In this document: positions 1-8,932 of the stretch, in pieces
How the letters are laid out: every line of letters starts with the position of its first letter
How positions within the stretch are numbered: the first letter of the stretch is position 1
Virus record (IMG/VR): IMGVR_UViG_2778261393_000006
Direction: 5' to 3' (one strand)
DNA: 40,899 bases
Source: a virus
Lineage: Duplodnaviria; Heunggongvirae; Uroviricota; Caudoviricetes
The notes under the pieces: generated by a model
Told to the model about the DNA's origin: nothing
What the model saw: the letters and a program-made list of their open reading frames with translations, nothing else
Databases searched by the model: none
Position numbers and translations under genes: made by a program

Positions 1-1236
1 CTACGATAACCGCGCATTCAACATGGCTATCTGTTCGTCGTTCATGTCATCAATCCACATACCGTAAATTTCATACACCATCTGCGCAGTTTCATGCCCC
101 ATTTGGCTGGCTATAAATGCCGGGTTCGCTCCTGCCGTCAACAGCCAGCAGGCAAAAGTATGCCGCGTATGGTACGGATTACGGCGGCGAATACCAGCAC
201 GTTTTACTGCTGCATTCCACCTTGCCCCCAAACTGCTTACCGAGTAATAAGGTTTTTGTTTTCCGTTACACACCCTGGGCATGAAAACAAAATGCAGTTT
301 TTGCTTTTCGGTTCTGCCGTACTCCCGATGATAAAAGGTGATTTCGCTTTTGCGATGATGCCCGGTCAGTTTGTATTGCTCCTTCAGTGCTTCAAGAGCA
401 GGCTGCAGTAGTGTTACTGTTCGGATCCCGGCATTTGTTTTTGGGGGACCGAACATATCAAGTATCGTCAGGTTTCTTCTGACATTCACTATTCCCTTTT
501 CGAGATCCACATCCTCCCACGCCAGAGCTGCCAGTTCCCCGTGACGAAGTCCTGAGTAAACGGCAAATTTCCACAAGTTCTGGCTCTGTCCTTTTTCACT
601 TTCCATTAATGCATTGAATTCTGTTTTAGATAACGGATCAGGCTTTATTCTGTTTCGCTGTAATTTTTTTACTCCTTCAAATGGTTTGGTTGATATAAAT
701 CCCGACTGATACGCAAAACGCAACAGCGAACAGAGCAGGGCGATATAGTTATCAACTGTGCGCACGGTTCTTCCTTTTTTGTTGGATCTTGGATTATCCA
801 GGTAAAGCGTTTCTCCATGCAGCAGTTCATTCCGGTAGTTTAAGATATCGCTATAACGAATATGTGATATTGGGGTACTTTCACAAATTATTATTCTGAG
901 TGTTTTTAATTGTGATTTCGTTTTCTTCATTGTGTTTGTTGTTAACTCTGTCTCTTTAATTTTTGTCCAGATATCACAAAGCTCTCCGAACGTTTTTATG
1001 ACTCTCGTTGTCACCATTTTTGCCCCAGTGCTGGACTGGGGAAAACGTCTTAAATACTCAAATTCACCGGAGTTTATTTCATGAACTATCAGCGCTCTTA
1101 AATTTCCGGCCTTTTTAATATTACTGTTTGTAATCTCCCAGCCTTTTAATGTTTCCCGACATCGTTTTCCTCGAAACATGAACCAGATGCGAATGTATCT
1201 ACCTCTAATCTCGACACCTGTTGGTAATTTAGACAT
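1..1236 (-). CDS. intR: Phage integrase (tyrosine recombinase), Rac type
   Basis: 411-aa ORF; C-terminal catalytic-region pattern (R...HTRHTFACWLL...YEIYG) typical of tyrosine recombinases; matches E. coli Rac IntR as I recall it; stop codon is window bases 1-3. Confidence 0.9.
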   Translation of the reverse strand: MSKLPTGVEIRGRYIRIWFMFRGKRCRETLKGWEITNSNIKKAGNLRALIVHEINSGEFEYLRRFPQSSTGAKMVTTRVIKTFGELCDIWTKIKETELTTNTMKKTKSQLKTLRIIICESTPISHIRYSDILNYRNELLHGETLYLDNPRSNKKGRTVRTVDNYIALLCSLLRFAYQSGFISTKPFEGVKKLQRNRIKPDPLSKTEFNALMESEKGQSQNLWKFAVYSGLRHGELAALAWEDVDLEKGIVNVRRNLTILDMFGPPKTNAGIRTVTLLQPALEALKEQYKLTGHHRKSEITFYHREYGRTEKQKLHFVFMPRVCNGKQKPYYSVSSLGARWNAAVKRAGIRRRNPYHTRHTFACWLLTAGANPAFIASQMGHETAQMVYEIYGMWIDDMNDEQIAMLNARLS

Positions 1237-1237
1237 A

Positions 1238-1453
1238 TCATGAGTCTTTGATAAACTGATTTATCTTTGGATAGTTGTACCAGATAATCCCTCGTTTGCT
1301 GTCTGGCTTACCTAAAGGAGATACTCGTTTGAAGTGGAAGCCCTCCACCCAACAGTTCTGGCGGTATGCTTCAATTTGTCTGGCCCCCAGACCAGTGCGA
1401 AGCATCAGGCCGTATTCAACCATCCACTCTTCATTAAAGATTACTTGTGCCAT
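1238..1453 (-). CDS. xisR: Excisionase (Xis-like)
   Basis: Small ORF immediately upstream of int, same strand; start taken at internal Met ([10 protein letters not shown]...) preceded by AGAGGTGA; 71 aa, as I recall for Rac XisR/YdaQ. Confidence 0.7.
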   Translation of the reverse strand: MAQVIFNEEWMVEYGLMLRTGLGARQIEAYRQNCWVEGFHFKRVSPLGKPDSKRGIIWYNYPKINQFIKDS

Positions 1454-1531
1454 CGCATCACCTCTGGCAGGCGCCAATGTTAGACTGAAATTGACGCCCG
1501 ATGTTGATTATTAATAATCAGCTATGAAGTT

Positions 1532-1741
1532 TTAATTTGAATATAATGCAATTCTCGAGGACTGAAGTTTCTCGCAATTAAAATTTATCAGTTTTACTTT
1601 CTGCTCTCTGGAAACGCCTGCTTCTTTTTTACCTGAGAGCATTTTTTCGCATTCTGATTTCGTTAGTTTAGATTTTGAATATCTTGTCCAGTTAGTAGGA
1701 GTGCCACCTTCCTTTTCAATAGTGGCGGTAATTTTATACAT
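1532..1741 (-). CDS. ydaC: Rac prophage small protein YdaC-like (DUF1187)
   Basis: ORF translation MYKITATIEKEGGTPTNWTRYSKSKLTKSECEK... matches YdaC from memory; start chosen at Met25 of the track ORF (alternative Met21 at 1753). Confidence 0.65.
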   Translation of the reverse strand: MYKITATIEKEGGTPTNWTRYSKSKLTKSECEKMLSGKKEAGVSREQKVKLINFNCEKLQSSRIALYSN

Positions 1742-1928
1742 GAACACCTCCATTATTATTTCCAGTGGTTCGTTTATTCCATCTTTCGAGTGCTTCTTTT
1801 TCACTTCCACCATAACCGGTTCGGGATTCGCATCCGTTACACTTCGCTCGGTAATATCCTGAAATGGCTTTCACCGTTACTGATGGACAACCACAAAATG
1901 GACATGGTTTAACATTGTCATATCTCAT
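1734..1928 (-). CDS. ralR: Restriction alleviation protein Lar / RalR (type I toxin, DNase)
   Basis: 64-aa reading MRYDNVKPCPFCGCPSVTV...KCNGCESRTGYG with CxxC...CxxC zinc-ribbon motif typical of Lar family; position between ydaC and recT as in Rac. Confidence 0.8.
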   Translation of the reverse strand: MRYDNVKPCPFCGCPSVTVKAISGYYRAKCNGCESRTGYGGSEKEALERWNKRTTGNNNGGVHV

Positions 1929-1984
1929 AATTTTGCTCATAAAAAATATTTCAAGTTGGCGGTGCATTACACCGCCAGGCTGAA

Positions 1985-2794
1985 TTATTCCTCTGAATTA
2001 TCGATTACACTGTATTCCCCGGTTAATACAGAGGAATCTGCAGGATCGATTGTCAGTGGTTCCTTTTCATCCATTGATACTGCACGCTGGATCTCAATTG
2101 ATACGGGCAGATATTTGAACAGGCGACGAATAGCCGTTTTCTTTGCCATTTCTTCCCAGTGAGTTACCCACGGCCCGTTATTACCAGCTTTACTCAGGCT
2201 GCGCACCAGCTCAATCTGTTTGCGCGTCATAACTTCAAACTGAGTACCTCCGTCTTTCAGTCTTGCGACAGCATAGACGTGGGTAACCGGGGCATCTTCG
2301 TTTTCTCCCGGGCGGTGTATTAACTTTTCATCAAGGCCAAATTCGAAGCTAAACTCGTCACCTTCACGGACAACACGGGCTGACAGGCTGGCGATTTGAC
2401 CAGAACGGCGAGCCAGATCAATCATGCCGCGATAGCCAATGATTAGCTGAACGTTCTTTTTACCGCTCTTTTCGTTTTTATTACCAAAAGGCAGTAAATA
2501 TGCATGACCGAGGGCGCTACCTGGCTCAAGTCCGAGCTGTGAACACTGTACGATCGCACTGACAAAACTCATAGTGTCACAGTTTCCTAACGCCGGAACT
2601 TTACGAATTTCTGTAGTGGCGATACGGATCATACGTTCAGCCGTCATATGGCGTGGAAGAGCTGCTGCCAGTTGCTCTTTCATTGATGGCTGGTTAATAA
2701 AACTAATCACGTCGCTATTTTTAACTGCTGCTGGTGCACGGTTTCCCTGAGTTTTTTGCAGATCGGCTTTTGCGATTGGTGGTTGCTTAGTCAT
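1985..2794 (-). CDS. recT: Recombinase RecT (single-strand annealing protein)
   Basis: 269-aa product from [21 protein letters not shown]...; recognised as RecT; start placed at Met20 of the longer track ORF; overlaps recE stop. Confidence 0.9.
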   Translation of the reverse strand: MTKQPPIAKADLQKTQGNRAPAAVKNSDVISFINQPSMKEQLAAALPRHMTAERMIRIATTEIRKVPALGNCDTMSFVSAIVQCSQLGLEPGSALGHAYLLPFGNKNEKSGKKNVQLIIGYRGMIDLARRSGQIASLSARVVREGDEFSFEFGLDEKLIHRPGENEDAPVTHVYAVARLKDGGTQFEVMTRKQIELVRSLSKAGNNGPWVTHWEEMAKKTAIRRLFKYLPVSIEIQRAVSMDEKEPLTIDPADSSVLTGEYSVIDNSEE

Positions 2795-5387
2795 TTGCAT
2801 ATTCCTTAGCCCAGCGGGGCAGTGATAATGTCTTAATAGCTGGCCATTCATCGGTATTCAGGCAGTCAGACAGGGTTCGCAGATTGCGGTGATATTCCTG
2901 TTGACCTGCCAGTTTTGCTTCTTCGCCCATCATGAAAATTTCAACCGGATAACGTCCGCATTCAATAGTTGTGCTGGCAACCAGAAAAACGAAAGTTGGC
3001 TGCACTCCAAACAGTGCTTCATAACCGTCACTGTAGAATGCATCCTGAACGTGATAGCGGTAGTCGTAATAAGCGGTTTTGAATCGTTGAATATCCGCCG
3101 TAGTTTTCACGTCCATGATCCAGTGAAATTCAGGGATAATTTTGTCCGGACGGCACCGACACAAAATTCCTGTTTCAGGATCTTCCCAGTAAATTGATGA
3201 TTCAGCGTGTCCGGCGCTTTCAACAAGCCATTGCCCCAGCGGCAAAGCCATAACGCTTTGATACATGAGTTCAATTTTCCGGCCTTCTTCCGCAGTGATA
3301 ACCGTTTTTCCTGTGCTTGCGCATTCCATCAGAAACGCTTTCTCTTCTTCTTTTCCGGCGTTTGTACGGCGGTTAAATTCAGGTGCTACGATAAAGCGGT
3401 TACTGAATTCTTCCGGTTCAAGTACCCGGCAGTGGAAAGCAGTTCCTAAATCGAGCGTTTTTGTCTTTGTGGTGTCCACGGGGGCATTTTTACGCCACAA
3501 ATATAGTGCCGGAGTATCAGCAATGTCATCGAGCTGAGACTTACTGATACCGGGACCCGCGTGGTAATTCTCATTCGAAATTCCGTAATAAATACCTGGC
3601 TCTATGTCTTCTACGATTACGGGATCTGCGACTTCGCCAGTTTCATCACTGCAATCGTGATGCGGATCGCTGCCAGCATTCTCATTGTGCGGATGTTCAG
3701 CGCCTTCCATTTCCTCCGGATCATTTTCCTTAGCTTCAACCTGACTCTCTTCATCGAATGTTTCCTGGTATGTTGCGTCGCCCATCACCGCACCACAGTC
3801 AGGGCAGTTATCCCCGCCAGTCTGGCCGCAGGCATTGCAGGCTATTTCCGGTTCCTGTTGCACTACTGGCTCAGGTTGATTCATATCTGGGCTGGTTTTT
3901 TCCGTTTCTGGCTGGTTCTGGTACACACAATCGCGAGTCTGGATCCCCTTTACCCATTTCGGATCGTTCGGGTCGCTAATTCCGTCAACAAATTCACCAC
4001 GTGATGCAGCAAGCAATTTATCGGCATCGACAGGATTTTTTGATGGAATGTTTTTCCGGGCTTCATGGAGTTCTGCCCGCAGTTCCTGATATTTCGCATC
4101 AACAGAATTTACCTGTGACTGAGCATCCAGCGGCTGCGTGTCCTGATGATGTTCAGTTGCGTCCGGTTCCATTGTTTCAGCCTCTCCCTGTTCAACTGCC
4201 GTTGTTCCAGATGGTTGCGGTTTTTCTTCATCATCCTGTTTTCCTTCTTCTGTTACTCGCTGCGGCATCGGGGCAGAGGAGCGACCGCAGGCAATATCCA
4301 CGATTTCCGGATCAGGGTTGGCATGATCGGTTTCAGTCAGTACTTTGTTCAGATATTCAGTGACGTGCGCGGGGATGACCTCGATCCCAATTGGTGCTTC
4401 TTTTACGGACGCAACCACGATGGCGCGGGAATAATCCAGCCCGCCAGGCATGGTGATGAATTTGTCGCGGAAAACAGAAAAGGGCGGTTTATTTTCAGCG
4501 ATAATTTCCTCAATGCGTTTAGCGTGTGCCGGATGAAGGTTATAGATGTCCAGATCCATTGAACGGGCCAGTACGCCAGTGGCTACGTCGCGCGCCAGTG
4601 ACGTCAGATCGTGTACGAAACCTTCGCCGCGATCGGTGAGGTTTCCGCCGCCAGCATTAGCACCGGAAGCCGTGCGAGTGATGTGTGAAACACGATTACC
4701 CTTCATCCACTCTTTTGTCAGCAGTCCTCGATCGGTGTAGTCAGCGTTCAGGTATGCTTCGAAAAAAGCAGTTATCAGTCCCAGGTTTGAATTACCAGGA
4801 TTAGGGAAAACTTTGTCAGTGTCACGAACCAGTTTGTGGAGTTCGCGAATTTCCAGCGGGTCGAGCAGGCTGGTTTTGTGGGAAACAGCCAGGGCAGTAA
4901 CAGCCGGTAGTTCTTCAGCCCGAGCAATGTGTAATGCCTGGAGTCCGTCGCGTGAAACGTGCGTTACCGGTTTTTCGCTGCCGTGTTGAGCAAGCCAACG
5001 AATGGGCAGTTCCTGGCCAGAAATTGGGAGTAGCATATTCTCCTCAATCTCAGTCATGTCTTCGCCGTTGACGTTGGTATTGCCTTGATAATGAGCGTTG
5101 TCTGGTGCTGCTCCCGGTTTTAGTTCCCATGTCATGGAGTCTTTGCTGAGTTGATAGCGTTCACTCCAGGTAAAATCGATCTCACCTTCAGCGGGCAGGT
5201 CATTAACGACAGGAAAATTCGTGGCAACAGCTTTAAAATAGCTGCTCAGTTTTTTACCTGACTTAACGATCAGGTAGTCCAGAGTGGCACAGGTCGATTC
5301 AAAATCGTTGCTTGCCCACAGGACGACGTCAGGTTCACCGGATGATTTTTTCGCTTTCCGTAACAGGAAGAGTGGTTTTGTGCTCAT
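2787..5387 (-). CDS. recE: Exodeoxyribonuclease VIII RecE
   Basis: 866-aa ORF, length and sequence consistent with RecE; acidic low-complexity middle region and C-terminal nuclease domain; immediately upstream of recT. Confidence 0.9.
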   Translation of the reverse strand: MSTKPLFLLRKAKKSSGEPDVVLWASNDFESTCATLDYLIVKSGKKLSSYFKAVATNFPVVNDLPAEGEIDFTWSERYQLSKDSMTWELKPGAAPDNAHYQGNTNVNGEDMTEIEENMLLPISGQELPIRWLAQHGSEKPVTHVSRDGLQALHIARAEELPAVTALAVSHKTSLLDPLEIRELHKLVRDTDKVFPNPGNSNLGLITAFFEAYLNADYTDRGLLTKEWMKGNRVSHITRTASGANAGGGNLTDRGEGFVHDLTSLARDVATGVLARSMDLDIYNLHPAHAKRIEEIIAENKPPFSVFRDKFITMPGGLDYSRAIVVASVKEAPIGIEVIPAHVTEYLNKVLTETDHANPDPEIVDIACGRSSAPMPQRVTEEGKQDDEEKPQPSGTTAVEQGEAETMEPDATEHHQDTQPLDAQSQVNSVDAKYQELRAELHEARKNIPSKNPVDADKLLAASRGEFVDGISDPNDPKWVKGIQTRDCVYQNQPETEKTSPDMNQPEPVVQQEPEIACNACGQTGGDNCPDCGAVMGDATYQETFDEESQVEAKENDPEEMEGAEHPHNENAGSDPHHDCSDETGEVADPVIVEDIEPGIYYGISNENYHAGPGISKSQLDDIADTPALYLWRKNAPVDTTKTKTLDLGTAFHCRVLEPEEFSNRFIVAPEFNRRTNAGKEEEKAFLMECASTGKTVITAEEGRKIELMYQSVMALPLGQWLVESAGHAESSIYWEDPETGILCRCRPDKIIPEFHWIMDVKTTADIQRFKTAYYDYRYHVQDAFYSDGYEALFGVQPTFVFLVASTTIECGRYPVEIFMMGEEAKLAGQQEYHRNLRTLSDCLNTDEWPAIKTLSLPRWAKEYAND

Positions 5388-5488
5388 TGTTTTTTAACCT
5401 CAACTCAGATTAAAATTCGTTTTGTTCAGTGAATGATCTTGCCGGATACACACTGTTCATAGCCTGCGCCATACGCAGGCTATTTCTT

Positions 5489-5764
5489 TCAGATTTCACC
5501 TTTTAATTTCATTGCAATTAGAGTTGCCAGAAATTCGGCTTTTTTTTCTGCGGGCAGATTCTTTCCGATATGCACCAGGCACATTTTTTTGACACCTTCA
5601 TCAAGTGTTTTTACGTTGCCTGATGGACCATCGATATCAACCACAGTGAATGGGGTTTCTTTATTTTCTGTTTTAATTACGTAGCCAATGCGCTTTCCTT
5701 CCAGATTCACCTCGTGAACAATGTCATCGGTAGTTACAACAGTGGCTTCATAATTGGTAATCAT
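5489..5764 (-). CDS. racC: Rac prophage protein RacC
   Basis: 91-aa product from MITNYEATVVTTDDIVHEVNLEGKR...; start at internal Met preceded by AAGGAG; matches RacC from memory. Confidence 0.7.
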   Translation of the reverse strand: MITNYEATVVTTDDIVHEVNLEGKRIGYVIKTENKETPFTVVDIDGPSGNVKTLDEGVKKMCLVHIGKNLPAEKKAEFLATLIAMKLKGEI

Positions 5765-5838
5765 GTTTTTCTCCTTAATTAAGGTTGAGCGAATACCTGC
5801 CATTTCTGGCATAAATTCAGTTTCGAATAGTCAATTAA

Positions 5839-6009
5839 TTAAAGTTCATGTGCCATCTGGTCTTTTTCGGCACAAGCTTCACTGCAATATTTTCTCGGTT
5901 CGTCTTTTGATAAAATCCCGTGCATGAAGTGAAGCATTCTTTCAATAGCTTTGCTTTCTTCAACGTCTTTTTTGCAAAGGTGGTAAGCACATTTTATTTT
6001 CTTAGTCAT
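5839..6009 (-). CDS. ydaE: Small zinc-binding protein YdaE-like
   Basis: Not in the ORF track (<60 aa). Hand translation of minus strand gives 56 aa [56 protein letters not shown] (Cys-rich); start ATG overlaps kilR stop (ATGA). Confidence 0.7.
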   Translation of the reverse strand: MTKKIKCAYHLCKKDVEESKAIERMLHFMHGILSKDEPRKYCSEACAEKDQMAHEL

Positions 6010-6230
6010 CACCATGACTCCGCCTTTACAGGTAAACCATCACAACCGAGGAAGACTTTAATCATGCGGTCAGTAATGCATGTTTTTGTGGTCAGGTTAC
6101 GAATATATAGTTTTCGCTTTTTAATATTGTTTGCCGAGGCAATATATGTCCGGCCTTCATGAAGAACATAATCGCCAGGAGTCACACACTGACGTGGTAT
6201 TTCATCAGTTCCGAAGTGATGTGCAATCAT
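6009..6230 (-). CDS. kilR: Cell-division (FtsZ) inhibitor KilR
   Basis: 73-aa product [42 protein letters not shown]... recognised as Rac KilR; start at Met5 of track ORF. Confidence 0.8.
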   Translation of the reverse strand: MIAHHFGTDEIPRQCVTPGDYVLHEGRTYIASANNIKKRKLYIRNLTTKTCITDRMIKVFLGCDGLPVKAESW

Positions 6231-6671
6231 AATTATCTCCATTTTTACAAATGAATTTTGTTGATGCGGTGCCTGGTGCCTCCAGGTGACTGCAACCAGT
6301 TAACAATTACAGTCGGCTTTCCCACCCAAACCAATAAGGACTAACATGACTTTTAACTGTGCCACGTGCGCTTAGCCGCATTCACCGCATCACAAAATTC
6401 ACTTTAAAAAGGGCGGACATCAGCCGAACTTCAAGAAAAAAACTGATGCCGCCAGGACTACACACAGCAATGTCGTTATTTACAACCGGAGGCGCACTCC
6501 CACCATTTAAATTTAACAGACAAGACCGACTCTTTATGGATATCGGAAATGCGCCTTCGTGTTGTGCCCGGTTTTATTTCACCACCTCCGGGCTTCGGTG
6601 GTCTCGGCTATACCCCTACAGCGAGAGCTTGTGTTAACATTTCAATACCCTTACAGTTGAGAGTTATTGAT

Positions 6672-7160
6672 ATGTTGGATGTATTTACTCCATTGTTGAA
6701 ACTTTTTGCTAACGAGCCACTCGAAAGACTTATGTATACGATTATCATTTTTGGTCTCACTCTCTGGCTGATACCGAAAGAGTTTGCTGTCGCATTCAAT
6801 GCTTATACTGAAATACCCTGGCTCTTTCAGATTATCGTTTTTGCCTTTTCTTTCGTGGTCGCTATTTCCTTCTCAAGATTGCGAGCACATATTCAAAAGC
6901 ATTATTCATTGCTACCAGAGCAACGAGTATTGCTTCGTTTATCTGAGAAAGAAATCGCTGTATTTAAAGATTTCCTTAAAACAGGAAATCTTATTATCAC
7001 TTCTCCTTGCCGTAACCCGGTTATGAAAAAATTAGAACGGAAGGGCATCATTCAACATCAGAGTGATAGCGCAAACTGTTCTTATTATCTCGTCACCGAA
7101 AAATACTCCCACTTTATGAAGTTATTCTGGAACAGCAGGAGCAGGCGTTTTAATCGTTAG
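6672..7160 (+). CDS. sieB: Superinfection exclusion protein B
   Basis: 162-aa membrane protein from MLDVFTPLLKLFANEPLERLMYTIIIFGLTLWLIPKEF...; recognised as SieB; start at internal Met of longer track ORF. Confidence 0.8.
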   Translation: MLDVFTPLLKLFANEPLERLMYTIIIFGLTLWLIPKEFAVAFNAYTEIPWLFQIIVFAFSFVVAISFSRLRAHIQKHYSLLPEQRVLLRLSEKEIAVFKDFLKTGNLIITSPCRNPVMKKLERKGIIQHQSDSANCSYYLVTEKYSHFMKLFWNSRSRRFNR

Positions 7161-7312
7161 CTTACTGTGTGCTTCTCCAACCATCGTCGTGCGCCAGCTT
7201 CGGTTTTAAACGTTTTGCTTTTGGTATACGTCATGGCAGTGAACGTTCCATCCTGGTTGGGGAACACGCCGCACACCAGGGATTCGTTATTGCCGAGGTC
7301 GATTTTTTGCAT
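7157..7312 (-). CDS. ydaF: Rac prophage small protein YdaF-like
   Basis: Not in track (<60 aa). Hand translation gives 51 aa MQKIDLGNNESLVCGVFPNQDGTFTAMTYTKSKTFKTEAGARRWLEKHTVS; stop overlaps sieB stop region convergently. Confidence 0.6.
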   Translation of the reverse strand: MQKIDLGNNESLVCGVFPNQDGTFTAMTYTKSKTFKTEAGARRWLEKHTVS

Positions 7313-7322
7313 TTTTCGCACC

Positions 7323-7457
7323 TCACATCTTGTTGTTGCGGATAGAGGCTTCTGCCTGCCAGAGATCCCAGTCGTTGCTGCGTAGAGCCTGTACAGCCTG
7401 GCTGTAAGTGATATCGCAACAATCCATCAAATACTGAACTACTTCGTAATGCACCAT
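7323..7457 (-). CDS. ydaG: Rac prophage small protein YdaG-like
   Basis: 44-aa product MVHYEVVQYLMDCCDITYSQAVQALRSNDWDLWQAEASIRNNKM; start at Met17 of track ORF. Confidence 0.65.
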   Translation of the reverse strand: MVHYEVVQYLMDCCDITYSQAVQALRSNDWDLWQAEASIRNNKM

Positions 7458-7629
7458 CTTATCTCTCCCCTTAACGCCGGGTGGCGGAACTGAAACCTGC
7501 TGCACTGCAAAATCTGAACCCTGCCGTCATGTTCATACGCCTCGGGCTGGCTACTTAACCCCTGACCACTGCCTGGTAACTCGAAGTATTGCCCTGCGTT
7601 CTGTGGGGCGGGGTGGGTTGGTAGGTATA

Positions 7630-7675
7630 TGATGTACTTTGTGTTCATTGATGTAAAGTACTTTAAGTACATTTT
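7630..7675. promoter_or_regulatory. Candidate left operator/promoter region (OL/PL analogue) with ATGTACT / AAAGTACTTT repeats
   Basis: Downstream of racR and upstream of the leftward early operon; contains ATGTACT (about 7632-7638), palindrome AAAGTACTTT (about 7655-7664) and inverted AGTACAT (about 7666-7672); the same ATGTACT heptamer recurs in the racR-ydaS intergenic region. Confidence 0.35.
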
Positions 7676-7747
7676 GTGTGTAAAAAAATGAGATGGGATA
7701 AAGTGAAGCACAAACCCGGAGGGGGGAGCTACCGGATTTATGCTGGT

Positions 7748-8167
7748 TTAAGAGGCTTTTTGTTTTTTCTTTCGTGCTAACTCTTCGTAAATTGCATTGT
7801 ACTTCTGTTTTTTCTCCTCAAGAGTTTTTAAAAGTTCATCTGTCTCACTGTCAGGGAGCTCGTCCAGAAGGTCAATGATGATTTTTTGTCTTGGATTTAA
7901 CTCCTGATAGAAACGTACCTGTCCACTTTCTTCTGTATCCTCTCCCAAAAGATAGGTTGGTGTTGTTCCAATGAGTGTTGCTAATTCCCTTAATTTCTCT
8001 CGGCGAGGAATTGTTTCGCCATTAAACCATTTGCTAACCGCTTTTGGTGTTAATTTCATTCGACGGGCAATTTCTGCCTGCCTTCCATGTTGTTCATAAC
8101 CAGCGTTTTCACAGGCTAGCGCAAGCCTACTGGCGAACTCTTTACGCGCTTTATCTTCATGAACCAT
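7748..8167 (-). CDS. racR: CI-like prophage repressor (HTH XRE family), RacR-like
   Basis: 139-aa ORF with N-terminal HTH (QAEIARRMKLTPKAVSKWFNGETIP); divergently arranged with a Cro-like gene, as for lambda cI/cro and Rac racR/ydaS. Confidence 0.75.
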   Translation of the reverse strand: MVHEDKARKEFASRLALACENAGYEQHGRQAEIARRMKLTPKAVSKWFNGETIPRREKLRELATLIGTTPTYLLGEDTEESGQVRFYQELNPRQKIIIDLLDELPDSETDELLKTLEEKKQKYNAIYEELARKKKQKAS

Positions 8168-8246
8168 AAGTTCAATGATATTCGCTCTTGAATGTACTGT
8201 CAGTTCTGTTATAGCATGTACTCAAAGTTCACATTGTGAGGGTGAT
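8168..8246. promoter_or_regulatory. Divergent promoter/operator region between racR and ydaS (OR analogue)
   Basis: 79-bp intergenic region between divergent repressor and Cro-like genes; two direct ATGTACT copies (about 8192-8198 and 8216-8222); weak sigma70-like hexamers (TTGAAT ... TATAGC) only. Confidence 0.4.
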
Positions 8247-8501
8247 ATGAACCAGAAAACACTTGAAGATGTAATCAAAACTGTTCGCGTTTCTGTTGTG
8301 GCCGACGTTTGTGGTGTCAGCCAAAGAGCAATCTACAAATGGATGGATAACGGAAAATTGCCTCGCACAGAATATACCGGCGAAACAAATTACGCTGAAA
8401 AAATCGCTCATGCATCAAACGGATTATTTTCTGCCGATGTAATTTTAACTATTGGCAGAAATAAAACTACTACGAAAAAGCTGATGGGAGTTGATTCATG
8501 A
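8247..8501 (+). CDS. ydaS: Cro-like HTH protein YdaS (toxic when derepressed, per literature)
   Basis: Start at internal ATG preceded by GAGGGTGA; HTH motif VADVCGVSQRAIYKWMDNGKLP; position immediately after the divergent repressor. Confidence 0.7.
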   Translation: MNQKTLEDVIKTVRVSVVADVCGVSQRAIYKWMDNGKLPRTEYTGETNYAEKIAHASNGLFSADVILTIGRNKTTTKKLMGVDS

Positions 8502-8920
8502 AAATCAAGCATGAGCACATCGAGTCAGTGTTGTTAGCCCTGGCAGCCGAAAAAGGGCAGGCATGGGTAGCCAATGCCATTACTGAAGAATATCTGCGCC
8601 AGGGGGGCGGCGAATTGCCCCTGGTACCAGGCAAGGACTGGAATAATCAGCAGAACATCTATCACCGTTGGTTAAAAGGTGAAACGGAAGCGCAAAGGGA
8701 AAAAATTCAGAAACTGATCCCTGCAATTCTGGCAATCCTTCCGCGCGAGCTGCGTCACCGACTCTGCATCTTCGATACCCTGGAACGCCGTGCATTACTG
8801 GCGGCGCAGGAAGCGTTAAGTACGGCAATTGATGCGCATGATGATGCAGTCCAGGCCGTTTACCGGAAAGCGCATTTCAGCGGCGGCGGGTCTTCCGACG
8901 ATTCTGTCATTGTTCATTAA
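8498..8920 (+). CDS. ydaT: Rac prophage protein YdaT
   Basis: 140-aa ORF MKIKHEHIESVLLALAAEKGQAWVANAITEEYLRQGGGELPLVPGKDW... recognised as YdaT; start overlaps ydaS stop (ATGA), suggesting translational coupling. Confidence 0.8.
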   Translation: MKIKHEHIESVLLALAAEKGQAWVANAITEEYLRQGGGELPLVPGKDWNNQQNIYHRWLKGETEAQREKIQKLIPAILAILPRELRHRLCIFDTLERRALLAAQEALSTAIDAHDDAVQAVYRKAHFSGGGSSDDSVIVH

Positions 8921-8932
8921 GCAAAAGTTTCC

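Noticed and set aside
2889-4740. Series of plus-strand ORFs (102-147 aa) inside the recE region
   Set aside because: They lie antisense to the long, well-supported recE frame, have no ribosome-binding sites that I could see, and encode low-complexity products; they look like frame artefacts of the GC- and acidic-rich recE sequence.
7439-7711. 90-aa minus-strand ORF between ydaG and racR
   Set aside because: Spans the operator/promoter-like region and overlaps ydaG; no SD; sequence reads like translated regulatory DNA.
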